DNA of 64,000 nt from a bacterium (GTDB lineage: Bacteria > Patescibacteriota > Patescibacteriia > Magasanikbacterales > GWA2-37-8): assembly GCA_043810165.1 (NCBI GenBank), contig JBDROJ010000023.1:4675-68674 (forward strand). The letters are read 5' to 3'. The notes under the pieces were generated by a model. That model was not told the DNA's origin, ran no database searches, and worked only from the letters and a program-made list of their open reading frames with translations. A program made the translations under genes and the position numbers. Shown here one piece after another: positions 26,721 through 36,181 of the stretch. Positions within the stretch are counted from its first letter, which is position 1; every line of letters starts with the position of its first letter.

Positions 26721-27707
26721 TTAAAAGATTGGCTTTGGTTTAATATCCGAATACCGTTCTATCGTTTTGATAATAGTCTTTTTATTCAACAGGCCATTTT
26801 GCGCTCCTACTTGAGTAATTACCCCGCAACTATTAGCTATGCCCCAACGCAAAGCCTGCGGGCGGTTATATCCATAACAGCGAGCTGAAACATATCCGGA
26901 TGAAAAAGCATCGCCAGCACCTGTTTTGGCTACGACTTTCGCCGGGTAACTAGGCATATACCAAACTTCGTCCAAACTGCCCACATATGCTCCTTTGGCC
27001 GAATCAGTGATTACGACTTCTTTAGCTCCCAAGCCAACCAATTGGCGAAGCAGGGCTGTCATGTTTTTAACTTCTTTAAGGCTGGTTTGTAAAATATGCT
27101 CGGCTTCCTGTGTATTCACTATTAAAATTTCTGATATGGCAATGGTTTCTTTTACCTCATCCAAATGATTTTTTAATTGATAAGATCCTGGATTAAAAGC
27201 TAGACGGACAGTTGGGTGTTTTTTTAACCAAACCAGCATGTTTTTCTTGATTTTTTTAAAACCCATGCTCAATCCGGTATAATAAAGCCAATCTGTGGCA
27301 GGCATCTTGCTGGGCCAGATATAGTTTCTTTTTCCATGATAAGCCAATATAGTTCTTTCTCCTTTGAAGTTTAACACAACTGAATAACGGGTCTGTTTTT
27401 TATCTTTCACTATTACATGTTCGATGTCAACATTGAATTTTATTAATTCGTCAAGAGCCAGACGGCCATTAGGGTCATTGCCGATGGAGCTTATTATGGC
27501 TGATTTTAATCCCAATTTTACTGCTCCGACCGCCACATTAGATGCATTTCCGCCCAAAGATTGAAAACTATCGCGAATAGGAATTTTAGTAGCAAAATCT
27601 AGGCATAATTGGCAAGGTTTATTTTTTATTTTACATTGCAAGTTGGCATCGTCAATTTGGACATGCGTGTCAATCACTATATCTCCAACTGTAATTAAAT
27701 TGAACAT
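26721..27707 (-). CDS. PfkB-family carbohydrate kinase (ribokinase-like)
   Basis: GG motif (LGGNASNVAVG) and C-terminal TGAGDAFSSGYV anion-hole motif. Start is uncertain: ATG at 27707, or TTG at 27743 as in the track. Confidence 0.7.
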   Translation of the reverse strand: MFNLITVGDIVIDTHVQIDDANLQCKIKNKPCQLCLDFATKIPIRDSFQSLGGNASNVAVGAVKLGLKSAIISSIGNDPNGRLALDELIKFNVDIEHVIVKDKKQTRYSVVLNFKGERTILAYHGKRNYIWPSKMPATDWLYYTGLSMGFKKIKKNMLVWLKKHPTVRLAFNPGSYQLKNHLDEVKETIAISEILIVNTQEAEHILQTSLKEVKNMTALLRQLVGLGAKEVVITDSAKGAYVGSLDEVWYMPSYPAKVVAKTGAGDAFSSGYVSARCYGYNRPQALRWGIANSCGVITQVGAQNGLLNKKTIIKTIERYSDIKPKPIF

Positions 27708-27753
27708 ATTATTTAATATGTCATTGCGAGCGTAGCGAAGCAATGACAGTTGA

Positions 27754-28041
27754 TTATTTCCCTCCTAGGTCTTTGTGTAGGCCTATTAGAATTTCAATAA
27801 ATTCAATAAAACTCGCAAGCATTAGACCTGTCATGGCCACGGCGAACAAGACGTTGCCAATATACAAAGCGTAGATTAACAATCCGAAAGCGCCCATAAA
27901 TAAAATTATATCTTGCCTTTTTTCGGTTTTTAAAAATATTCCGTAAGTAATTAAAATTGCGCCTAGTCCGGCAACTACGCTTATAATGATTTCCAAGGTT
28001 TCCCAAGGCAAAGATGGCAATAAAATTTCTAATGGTGGCAT
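27754..28041 (-). CDS. small membrane protein (3 TM, 95 aa), hypothetical
   Basis: Track ORF immediately downstream of the trxB-like gene; hydrophobic helices. Confidence 0.45.
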   Translation of the reverse strand: MPPLEILLPSLPWETLEIIISVVAGLGAILITYGIFLKTEKRQDIILFMGAFGLLIYALYIGNVLFAVAMTGLMLASFIEFIEILIGLHKDLGGK

Positions 28042-28042
28042 A

Positions 28043-29002
28043 TTATTTTTCCTCCCACTTATTAATATACTCTATTGAGGCCAATCCGGCAATGATGCCT
28101 TGGCCTGTGGCGATTCCGATTTGATTATATGGCACGTCAGTTACATCGCCTGCCGCAAAAATCCCCGGACAGCTTGTACTGCATTTTTTATCTACAATTA
28201 TTTGTCCGCCACTATCAAGTTCAACACAAGTGGTAAAATGGGAATTAGGAATTTGCCCGATATGTACCATTACGCCTTTGACATCCAGAGTTTTTTCTTG
28301 TTCATTGGTTAGATCTTTGTACTTTAATCCTGTAACAAATGTATCCCCTATAATTTCAGTGGTTATGGCATTGTAAATCACTTCAATTTTTTCGCGTGCT
28401 TTAACTTTATCTATTAATATATTTTCTCCTGGTGGAAAACCTCCATTATTTTCTTCAGTATTGGAATATTTACTAAGCAAGTAAACCTTATCAGATATTT
28501 CGGCCATCATCAGGGCTGATTCCAGGGCGCTATTACCTGATCCGACCGTGGCAGTGGTTTTGTTTTTGTATAAGGGGCCATCACAGACAGTACAGTATGT
28601 TACACCCTTGCCTCGGTATTCTTCTTCGCCAGGTATTTTTAAATATCTTGGCCTGATGCCACTAGCGATAACAACGGCTTTGGCTTGATATTCTTTTTTT
28701 TCTTGTTCACTGCCAATTTTTTCAGCTGTGATTATATGGTAATTTTTAGTTGGCTGTATATCAGTTACGCGCCAGCCCTGATCTATCTTTGGGTTGTAGC
28801 TTTTAATGTGTTCGGAAAATTTTTGAGCTAATTCATATCCTTGGATGCTTATAATTCCTGGCCAATTGCCAACTTCGCCCGATAAAGCCACCTCACCGCC
28901 CATATCTTTGGTGACAATTTGAAAATTCAAATTTCGGCGAGCCGCATAAATGGCTGAGCTGATTCCAGCTGCTGATCCCCCGATGATTAATAGGTCAAGC
29001 AT
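28043..29002 (-). CDS. trxB: thioredoxin-disulfide reductase-like FAD/NAD(P) oxidoreductase
   Basis: LLIIGGSAAG FAD motif, redox-active CTVCDG (CxxC), second GSGNSALESA NAD(P) motif. Confidence 0.75.
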   Translation of the reverse strand: MLDLLIIGGSAAGISSAIYAARRNLNFQIVTKDMGGEVALSGEVGNWPGIISIQGYELAQKFSEHIKSYNPKIDQGWRVTDIQPTKNYHIITAEKIGSEQEKKEYQAKAVVIASGIRPRYLKIPGEEEYRGKGVTYCTVCDGPLYKNKTTATVGSGNSALESALMMAEISDKVYLLSKYSNTEENNGGFPPGENILIDKVKAREKIEVIYNAITTEIIGDTFVTGLKYKDLTNEQEKTLDVKGVMVHIGQIPNSHFTTCVELDSGGQIIVDKKCSTSCPGIFAAGDVTDVPYNQIGIATGQGIIAGLASIEYINKWEEK

Positions 29003-29009
29003 ATTTGAT

Positions 29010-29651
29010 TTAACTAGATATTAATTTTTTAACCGCTTCTTTTATATTATCAGCGCCCATTAAAGCACTGCCCACATTGAATATTTCCACTCCCCAGGAT
29101 TTTACTTCAGCAATAGTGTTTTGATTAATTCCGCCATCCACGGCTATTACTGGGTGGTTTGGTATTTTTGCAAATTCAATTATTTTGCTTTTCATTTCAG
29201 GCAGGAAAGGTGATCCTTGCCGGCCTGGATAAACAGTCATGAATAGAACTTGATCAATTTGACCTAGGTAAGGTTCTAATATCGCAATAGGTGTATCAGG
29301 ATTAAGAGCGATTCCTGCTTGCCAGTTGTTTTGTTTTATCTGTTTAATTACTTGGATTGGATCATCTTGGGATTCAATATGAAATACTACTCGAAAGACG
29401 TTTTTTATTGATTTCCATTGCTTTAATTCATTGAGAGGGTGATTGACCATCAAATGTAATTCATAATTTAAATACTGATTTAAATACTGATTTAAATCAG
29501 TATTTTCTTCCGCATGATTAAATGATTTATTGGGAACAAAATCACCATCCATTATATCCAATTGTATGTAATCAAAGAGCCGTTCCACTTGTTTAAGTTG
29601 TTTTTCTAGTTGATCGTAGTTGTCTACTAATATTGTCGGAACTATTTTCAT
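29010..29651 (-). CDS. rpe: ribulose-phosphate 3-epimerase
   Basis: IQLDIMDG and VDGGIN motifs. Contains an in-frame tandem LNQYLNQYLN repeat. Confidence 0.85.
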   Translation of the reverse strand: MKIVPTILVDNYDQLEKQLKQVERLFDYIQLDIMDGDFVPNKSFNHAEENTDLNQYLNQYLNYELHLMVNHPLNELKQWKSIKNVFRVVFHIESQDDPIQVIKQIKQNNWQAGIALNPDTPIAILEPYLGQIDQVLFMTVYPGRQGSPFLPEMKSKIIEFAKIPNHPVIAVDGGINQNTIAEVKSWGVEIFNVGSALMGADNIKEAVKKLISS

Positions 29652-29653
29652 AG

Positions 29654-30097
29654 CTAGTTTTCCAATTCTTCTATTTTCTTATTTCTCCTTATTAATCTTG
29701 GATCAGCTTCAAATGCGGTTGTTAAGAATTTTTTGATAATTGCACCCGCGTGATCTTCGGTTAATACTCTGCCGGCTAGGCAAAGTACATTTGCATTATT
29801 ATGCTGGCGCGCCAGTTGCGCTCCTTCAATACTATAACCAATAACCGCGCGTACGCCTTTGATTTTATTGGCTGTAATGCACATGCCGTGGCCACTACCG
29901 CAAATTAATATACCGCGGTTGGTTTTGTCTTCGGATACTTTTTTTGACAAAGGAATGGCAAAATCGGGGAAGTCGTCTGTTTGGTTGAATTCAGCCGGAC
30001 CCATGTCTTGAAAATCAATCTTCATCTGATTTTCTAAATATTTCACCAGGTATTTTTTTAGTTTAAAACCAGCATGGTCAGAGGCAATATATATCAT
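29654..30097 (-). CDS. rpiB: ribose-5-phosphate isomerase B
   Basis: MIYIASDHAGF...ILICGSGHGM RpiB/LacAB motifs. The track N-terminal extension is rejected. Confidence 0.85.
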   Translation of the reverse strand: MIYIASDHAGFKLKKYLVKYLENQMKIDFQDMGPAEFNQTDDFPDFAIPLSKKVSEDKTNRGILICGSGHGMCITANKIKGVRAVIGYSIEGAQLARQHNNANVLCLAGRVLTEDHAGAIIKKFLTTAFEADPRLIRRNKKIEELEN

Positions 30098-30249
30098 AGG
30101 TTTAAAATTAGATGTATGGATATTATAACTGTTTTGGCAATTGTTGGCAAATGGCATAAGATTGTTTATATTTAGCAAATAATTTAGCAAATAATTGACT
30201 TTTTTGCTTAGATTAGGTATTATTTAAGTTATAAATTAATAAATTATTT

Positions 30250-33228
30250 ATGCCATATAATGCTAATGAAAACGAAAATAAAATACTAAAATACTGGGAA
30301 AATCATGATTGTTTTGCCAAATCTGTGGATCAGCGTCCGGCTGACAAGCCTTATGTTTTTTATGACGGCCCTCCTTTTGCCACCGGTTTGCCCCATTACG
30401 GGCATATTTTAAGTTCGGTTGTTAAAGATGTAGTGCCTCGTTATTGGACAATGAAAGGCTATAAAGTAAGGCGTAGATGGGGTTGGGACTGCCATGGCAT
30501 GCCAATTGAAAATATCATTGAAAAAGAACTGGGCATTTCCGGTAAAAAAGATATTGAAGATAAAATTGGAGTGGAAAAATTCAACCAGGCCTGCGGTTCA
30601 AAAGTGCTGTTGTATACTCAAGAATGGAAAAAAATGATAGACCGCATCGGCCGTTGGATTGAATTTGATAATTCATACAAGACCATGGATTCCACCTATA
30701 TGGAATCTGTATGGTGGGCTGTGAAAAATATTTGGGATAAGGGTTTGATTTATGAAGGCAGAAAAGTCTTGATGTATTGTCCGCGTTGCGAAACCCCGGT
30801 TTCAAAAGCCGAAGTGGCCATGGATAATAGTTATAAAGATATTACAGAAGAGTCAGTTATTGTAAAATTTGAGGTTAAGAATGACCAGAAGAGCAGGATT
30901 TTAGATAAATCACTTATAAATAATAATTTATATATCTTAGCTTGGACAACTACCCCCTGGACTTTGCCGGGTAATGTGGCTTTGGCAGTGGGTGAAGATA
31001 TTGATTATGTGGTTTGTCAGGCCGAAGCGCTTGGTACTCTATATATATTGGCCAAAGATAGAGTTGAGGAAATAATGAAAGACAAAAAATATAAAATAAT
31101 TAAACAGATAAAAGGCAAAGACCTGGCAGAAATTGAATATGAGCCATTATATGAAATTGAAAGTGTAAAAGATTCTGCACAAAAAGCATGGTATGTGGCC
31201 ATAGCCGATTTTGTCACCACCGAAGACGGCACAGGCGTAGTGCATACGGCTGCAATTTATGGTGAAGACGACTATGGATTAAGCCAGGAGATTGGATTGC
31301 CAACGGTTCCTACTTTGGATGAACGAGGCCATTTTAATGATCAAGCTCCGGAATTTATTAAAGGCAGGTATTTTAAACTGGCGGAAAAAGATATTAAAAA
31401 AGACCTGGAAGATAGAGGATTATTATTTGAAAAAAAGAATTACACTCATTCGTATCCGCATTGTTGGCGTTGTGAAACTCAATTATTTTACAATGCTATT
31501 TCAGCATGGTTTATCAATGTGCAAAAGGTGAAAAAGCGTTTGATTAAATTGAATGAAAAGATTAATTGGTATCCAGAACATTTGAAGCACGGCCGTTTTT
31601 TGAATATTTTGGAAACTGCTCCGGATTGGAATATATCCCGCAATCGTTATTGGGCCACGCCTCTGCCATTTTGGAAATGTGATGACCAAGATTGCAATCA
31701 AGTTGAATGTATCGGCAGTGTAGAAGATTTAAAGAATAAAGCGGTTAATTTTTTTGAGGTTTATGATAACGACGAAGTGGAAAAAATGGACTTGCACAAG
31801 CATGAAATGGATAGGATCAAATTAAAATGTTCCAAATGCAATGGACAAATGACAAGAATACCAGAAGTAATTGACTGCTGGGTTGAATCTAGTTCAATGC
31901 CTTTTGCAGAGTTTCATTATCCTTTTGAAAATAAAGAGGTATTTGAACAAAGATTTCCGGGTCAGTATATTGGCGAATATATTGGCCAAGTCCGCGCATG
32001 GTTTTATTATATGCATGTGATGTCAGTGTTGTTATTTGATAATGCCAGTTTTGAAAATTGTGTGGTTACAGGAAATATATTAAATGAAAAGGGAGAAAAA
32101 TTATCCAAATCAAAGCAGAATTATACTGATCCGTGGGAGATCATTAAAGAGTATGGAGTGGATGCTCTGCGTTATTATTTAATGACCAATGTGGTGATGA
32201 ACGCTGAAGACCTATTTTTCAACGACCATGAGTTGCGCGATGTTTACAACAAAGTCATTAATATGACTTCAAATGTGCTTTTATTTTACAAGATGTATGA
32301 AGATGATACTTTCATTTCAAGCGAGCCCGTTCGGCAGGCTCAGGGCAGGCTCCGCGAGTTGAGAGATCCCGCGAATATATTAGATAAATGGATATTGGCC
32401 AAGTTGCAAGAGCTGGTTAGAGATGTTACTGAGAATATGGATAATTACAATACTGTAAAAGCAGGCCGGCCAATCAAAGAATTTATCACCGAATTATCCC
32501 AATGGTATGTGCGTCGTTCCCGCAATCGTTTTAAAATTGGCGACGAGCAAGATAAACAAATGGCCATTGCCACATTAAAGGAAGTGTTGTTGACGTTGGC
32601 AAAGGTTATGGCACCATTTACTCCGTTTATTGCTGAAAAAATATATTTAGAAATTGGCGGAGACTTGGAAAGCGTACACTTGGAGGATTGGCCAAAAGTT
32701 AATGGCCGGTTAGCATATGAAGAGGTTGTAAAAAATATGGATTTGGTTCGTAAAATTGTGGAAATGAGCCTGTCTTTACGCGCTGAAGTTGGAATTAAAG
32801 TCAGACAACCATTAAATAGACTATCTGTCATATCCAAATTACCAGAGGAATTATTAGATGTTATTGCTGAAGAGATAAATGTTAAAGAAGTTGTAGTTGT
32901 TCAAGATATTAAAGAAGACCTGGTTAAAGAAGATGGAGAATTAAAAGTGGGATTGGATACTGAAATCACCGAAGAATTGAAAAAAGATGGATTGGCGCGC
33001 GAAATTATTCGGGCTGTTAATCAAATTCGCAAAGAAAATAAGTTAAGTATTGATAAAAAAGTGATAGTTGAATACGCTACGGATGATGAACTACTAAAAA
33101 CAGTGTTTACCGGATATGCTGAAGAATTAAAAAAGAATACAGCTACCAGTGAATTTAAAACAGGCCAAGATGGAGTGGAAAAAGATATTAATGGAAATAA
33201 AATTAAATTAAAGGTGATTGAAGTTTAA
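30250..33228 (+). CDS. ileS: isoleucine--tRNA ligase
   Basis: HIGH motif (PHYGHIL), KMSKS motif (KLSKSK), editing domain, C-terminal Zn-binding cysteines. Confidence 0.95.
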   Translation: MPYNANENENKILKYWENHDCFAKSVDQRPADKPYVFYDGPPFATGLPHYGHILSSVVKDVVPRYWTMKGYKVRRRWGWDCHGMPIENIIEKELGISGKKDIEDKIGVEKFNQACGSKVLLYTQEWKKMIDRIGRWIEFDNSYKTMDSTYMESVWWAVKNIWDKGLIYEGRKVLMYCPRCETPVSKAEVAMDNSYKDITEESVIVKFEVKNDQKSRILDKSLINNNLYILAWTTTPWTLPGNVALAVGEDIDYVVCQAEALGTLYILAKDRVEEIMKDKKYKIIKQIKGKDLAEIEYEPLYEIESVKDSAQKAWYVAIADFVTTEDGTGVVHTAAIYGEDDYGLSQEIGLPTVPTLDERGHFNDQAPEFIKGRYFKLAEKDIKKDLEDRGLLFEKKNYTHSYPHCWRCETQLFYNAISAWFINVQKVKKRLIKLNEKINWYPEHLKHGRFLNILETAPDWNISRNRYWATPLPFWKCDDQDCNQVECIGSVEDLKNKAVNFFEVYDNDEVEKMDLHKHEMDRIKLKCSKCNGQMTRIPEVIDCWVESSSMPFAEFHYPFENKEVFEQRFPGQYIGEYIGQVRAWFYYMHVMSVLLFDNASFENCVVTGNILNEKGEKLSKSKQNYTDPWEIIKEYGVDALRYYLMTNVVMNAEDLFFNDHELRDVYNKVINMTSNVLLFYKMYEDDTFISSEPVRQAQGRLRELRDPANILDKWILAKLQELVRDVTENMDNYNTVKAGRPIKEFITELSQWYVRRSRNRFKIGDEQDKQMAIATLKEVLLTLAKVMAPFTPFIAEKIYLEIGGDLESVHLEDWPKVNGRLAYEEVVKNMDLVRKIVEMSLSLRAEVGIKVRQPLNRLSVISKLPEELLDVIAEEINVKEVVVVQDIKEDLVKEDGELKVGLDTEITEELKKDGLAREIIRAVNQIRKENKLSIDKKVIVEYATDDELLKTVFTGYAEELKKNTATSEFKTGQDGVEKDINGNKIKLKVIEV

Positions 33229-33590
33229 AAGAATATAAAATAAGGAGAGGGTATAAAATTTGAAGTTGATCAGTCTATTAGGATTGAACAATCAAAGAAA
33301 GATAGTTATCTTGCCTTGGCAAATAGAAACATTTCTATTGCCATATGTATAACATCTTTGTTTATTGGTTTTGGGCAGATATGTAAGAAATCCCCGGCAC
33401 ATTTAGTAGCTTATGATTCGTTTAAAAAGAATAGAAGAGTAGAAAGAATTGTCAGTTTTTTAGAAATGAAAAAATATATAATAAAAAAATGACCCAGAAC
33501 TGTTACACCCTTGCACTTATGTCAAGCGATTCACAGCCCTACAGGGTCACTTCTTATTAAGATAATAACATTTAATTAATTGTCAAACAT

Positions 33591-34556
33591 ATGTTAACAG
33601 TAAAACAAATTTTTGAGTTGGGAATACAAATGGGAATTAAAGCCGATCCAAGGGGTATGAACGGAGTTAAGGAATACTTGGAACGGATAAAAAAGGGATA
33701 TGGTGATTTAAAGCCCAAAGACAAGAAATATTTTGACAAGGAGAGATTGGTTAATCCTTATTCAGATAGTCAAATTCATTTAAGCGATGGGAAAACCACA
33801 GTCAAACGAGTGATGGCCGGTATAGATATTGATGAAGGAGAAATTTTGTTAGCCAGTCAATTGAATGAAAGAGATAAAAAAATAGATCTGGTAATTTCTC
33901 ACCATCCCATTGGAAAAGGTTTGGCTGACCTGCATGCAGTTATGGATTTGGTGGTTGAAATTTATGAGCAGAATGGCGTGCCCGTGCATGTGGCTGAGAA
34001 ATTGATGGAAGAGAGGATTAAAGAGGTTGGCAGAGGCGTGCATCCGGTTAATCATTATCAAGTTATTGATATTGCGCGTTTATTGAAGTTAAATTTAATT
34101 AATACTCATACTATTACTGATAATCTGGTCAATGATTACCTGGTTAAGTATTTAGCTAAGAAAAAACCGCGTACAATCGGAGATTTGGTCGATGCTTTAT
34201 TGGAAATTCCAGAATATGATGAAGCTAAAAAGCGAGGAGCCGGGCCAAGTATTTTCGCTGGTGACCCAAGACATCGCGTGGGTAAATATTTAATGGAGAT
34301 GACCGGTGGTACTAGCCCGTCTGATAAAGTTTATAAAGAGTTGTCGCGATATGGTATCAGCACTGTGGTGGGCATGCATATGAGGGATGCGGCCAGAGAA
34401 AATGCCAGTGAACATCATATGAATGTTGTGATTGCAGGTCATATTGCTTCTGATTCTTTGGGCATGAATTTATTTTTGGATGAATTGGAAAAAAATGGAA
34501 TTGATGTTGTGCCAGTGGGAGGGTTGATCCGTATCAGTAGAGTGAAGAAGAAATAG
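33591..34556 (+). CDS. Nif3-like dinuclear metal center protein (GTP cyclohydrolase 1 type 2 / YqfO family)
   Basis: Two signature metal-binding motifs: VISHHP and IAGHIASDSLG. Confidence 0.8.
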   Translation: MLTVKQIFELGIQMGIKADPRGMNGVKEYLERIKKGYGDLKPKDKKYFDKERLVNPYSDSQIHLSDGKTTVKRVMAGIDIDEGEILLASQLNERDKKIDLVISHHPIGKGLADLHAVMDLVVEIYEQNGVPVHVAEKLMEERIKEVGRGVHPVNHYQVIDIARLLKLNLINTHTITDNLVNDYLVKYLAKKKPRTIGDLVDALLEIPEYDEAKKRGAGPSIFAGDPRHRVGKYLMEMTGGTSPSDKVYKELSRYGISTVVGMHMRDAARENASEHHMNVVIAGHIASDSLGMNLFLDELEKNGIDVVPVGGLIRISRVKKK

Positions 34557-34574
34557 AATATAATTTTTTTATTA

Positions 34575-34760
34575 TCTCAGATAAATACCAAGTTTTTATT
34601 GATATGTATCTTAAATTAGTCGAGATAGATATTGATTTATAAAGCGCCAACCGCATCCCGACTGGGTCGGGATGATGTCCGACCAAATGTAGGGCTAAAT
34701 CTTGGCGCAAGTAAATCAATATCTATGAGAATAATTTGAAAACTTGGTATTTATCCGAGA
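34575..34760 (+). ncRNA. 186-bp triply nested inverted-repeat element with a GC-rich apical core (candidate rod-like structured RNA or miniature mobile element)
   Basis: Outer 22-bp inverted repeat (34575-34596 / 34739-34760, 21/22 match). Inner 14-bp inverted repeat (34625-34638 / 34713-34726). Core 7-bp stem gcgccaa/ttggcgc (34644-34650 / 34702-34708) enclosing the hairpin cccgac-tgg-gtcggg. Confidence 0.45.
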
Positions 34761-34771
34761 TATATCCACTT

Positions 34772-35344
34772 ATGATTTCATATATTCAGGGAAAAATAAT
34801 TGAAAAAAGTTTATCTGCTCTAACGGTTTTAACTTCTGGTGGGGTAGGTTATGATGTAAGCATAAAGCCGACTGCTTTGGACAAATATAAGATAGGTGAT
34901 GAAGTGCAGATGCCGACTTTTTTGGCAGTGGGCGAAAGCATGCTTGATTTATATGGTTTTGAAAATTCAGCAGAACGAGAGTTGTTTATTCACTTTAAAA
35001 GCGTGTCTGGAATTGGACCTAAATCAGCTTTGCATTTATTGTCTTTGGGCACGGTTGAAGAGATAACAGGCGCCATCAGTGCCGGAGATGTTGAATATTT
35101 GACCAAAGTCAGCGGAGTGGGGAGGAAAACCGCTGAACGCGTGGTAGTGGAATTAAAATCAAAGATGGGAGATATGACCTTGGGCAGTTTAAGCCCGCAG
35201 AATGAGAGTCTTGGAGACGTTGTTGATGGTTTGGTGGCCATGGGATATTCTATGTTGCAAGCCAGAGAATCTGTAAGATCTTTGCAAGCAGACGGAAAGA
35301 GTACAGAACAGATCATGAGGGAGGCTCTGCAGAAAATGAAGTAG
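34772..35344 (+). CDS. ruvA: Holliday junction branch migration protein RuvA
   Basis: MISYIQGKII start; HhH motifs (IGPKSALHLLS, VSGVGRKTAERVV). The track N-terminal extension overlaps the inverted-repeat arm and is rejected. Confidence 0.85.
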   Translation: MISYIQGKIIEKSLSALTVLTSGGVGYDVSIKPTALDKYKIGDEVQMPTFLAVGESMLDLYGFENSAERELFIHFKSVSGIGPKSALHLLSLGTVEEITGAISAGDVEYLTKVSGVGRKTAERVVVELKSKMGDMTLGSLSPQNESLGDVVDGLVAMGYSMLQARESVRSLQADGKSTEQIMREALQKMK

Positions 35345-35360
35345 AATTGTAAGATATATA

Positions 35361-35394
35361 AAAAATCGCCCGAATTCAATCCGGGCGATTTTAA
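35361..35394. terminator. bidirectional terminator aaatcgcccg-aattcaat-cgggcgattt
   Basis: 10-bp stem between convergent ruvA and pyrF. Confidence 0.6.
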
Positions 35395-35406
35395 ATTGCC
35401 GTGTTT

Positions 35407-36177
35407 TTATTGTGATGATCGTTGTTGGTATGCTTTCCAGCCAGCCTCACGATATTTTTTTGCTTCGGCTAGTGGGTCGTCAGCTTGATAGATTCCGCGA
35501 CCCACAATGATAATATCACTTCCTTGATTTGTAATGACTTTTTCCGGCGTATTGTATTGTTGACCTAGATCATCTTCTCCGACAGCCATTTTAACTCCGG
35601 GTGTAAAGTTGATAAAACTAGGATCATCAATCAATTTACGCATGGTAATAAAGCCAATCACGAAATCTTTATTGTCCCGGGCCATTTTTAAAGTTTCTTC
35701 AGTATAACTTCCTTTGGCTAGATTGCCTTGAGAACTCATCTCGGCCAAGAGTAATAGTGCTCGTCCTTTGTGCATGCCGACTTCTTTGAGGCCTTCAATA
35801 ATTCCAGGTCCTGGTACTGTATGAGTATTAATGATATGCGACCAATCAGCAATATGATAAATGCCGTCTTGATATTGATGTTTGACTGTATTACCAATAT
35901 CGGCGAATTTACGATCTTCAAATAATAAAAATTCATGTTCTTCAGCCAATCGTTGAAGTTCAATGACCAGATCCATATCAAAGTCTTCAATAATATCAAT
36001 ATGGGTTTTTAGCACGCAAATTTCCGGACCCAAGTCTTGAGCAATTTTAATTAATTCGGATTTGGTTGTAACGTCGGCGGCAATACATAGATTGGTTTGT
36101 TTTTTTTCCATTAAATTAAGAAGAATTTTGGCAGTTTGATTTATGCACTGTTGGGCACGTTCAGCATAAGTGGCCAT
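35407..36177 (-). CDS. pyrF: orotidine 5'-phosphate decarboxylase (long, URA3-like type)
   Basis: [13 protein letters not shown] active-site motif. Confidence 0.9.
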   Translation of the reverse strand: MATYAERAQQCINQTAKILLNLMEKKQTNLCIAADVTTKSELIKIAQDLGPEICVLKTHIDIIEDFDMDLVIELQRLAEEHEFLLFEDRKFADIGNTVKHQYQDGIYHIADWSHIINTHTVPGPGIIEGLKEVGMHKGRALLLLAEMSSQGNLAKGSYTEETLKMARDNKDFVIGFITMRKLIDDPSFINFTPGVKMAVGEDDLGQQYNTPEKVITNQGSDIIIVGRGIYQADDPLAEAKKYREAGWKAYQQRSSQ

Positions 36178-36181
36178 AATG

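Noticed and set aside
30191-30249. T-box riboswitch upstream of ileS
   Set aside because: The spacer to the divergent rpiB gene is only ~150 bp, with a ~60-nt leader at most. It is too short for a T-box and has no specifier/antiterminator architecture; only a 15-bp direct repeat atttagcaaataatt is present.
34575-34760. Firm assignment of the nested rod as 6S RNA (ssrS)
   Set aside because: Length and rod shape are compatible, but I cannot place the central bubble or terminal loop confidently by eye, and the shared-arm evidence favours an insertion scenario. Left as a hypothesis.
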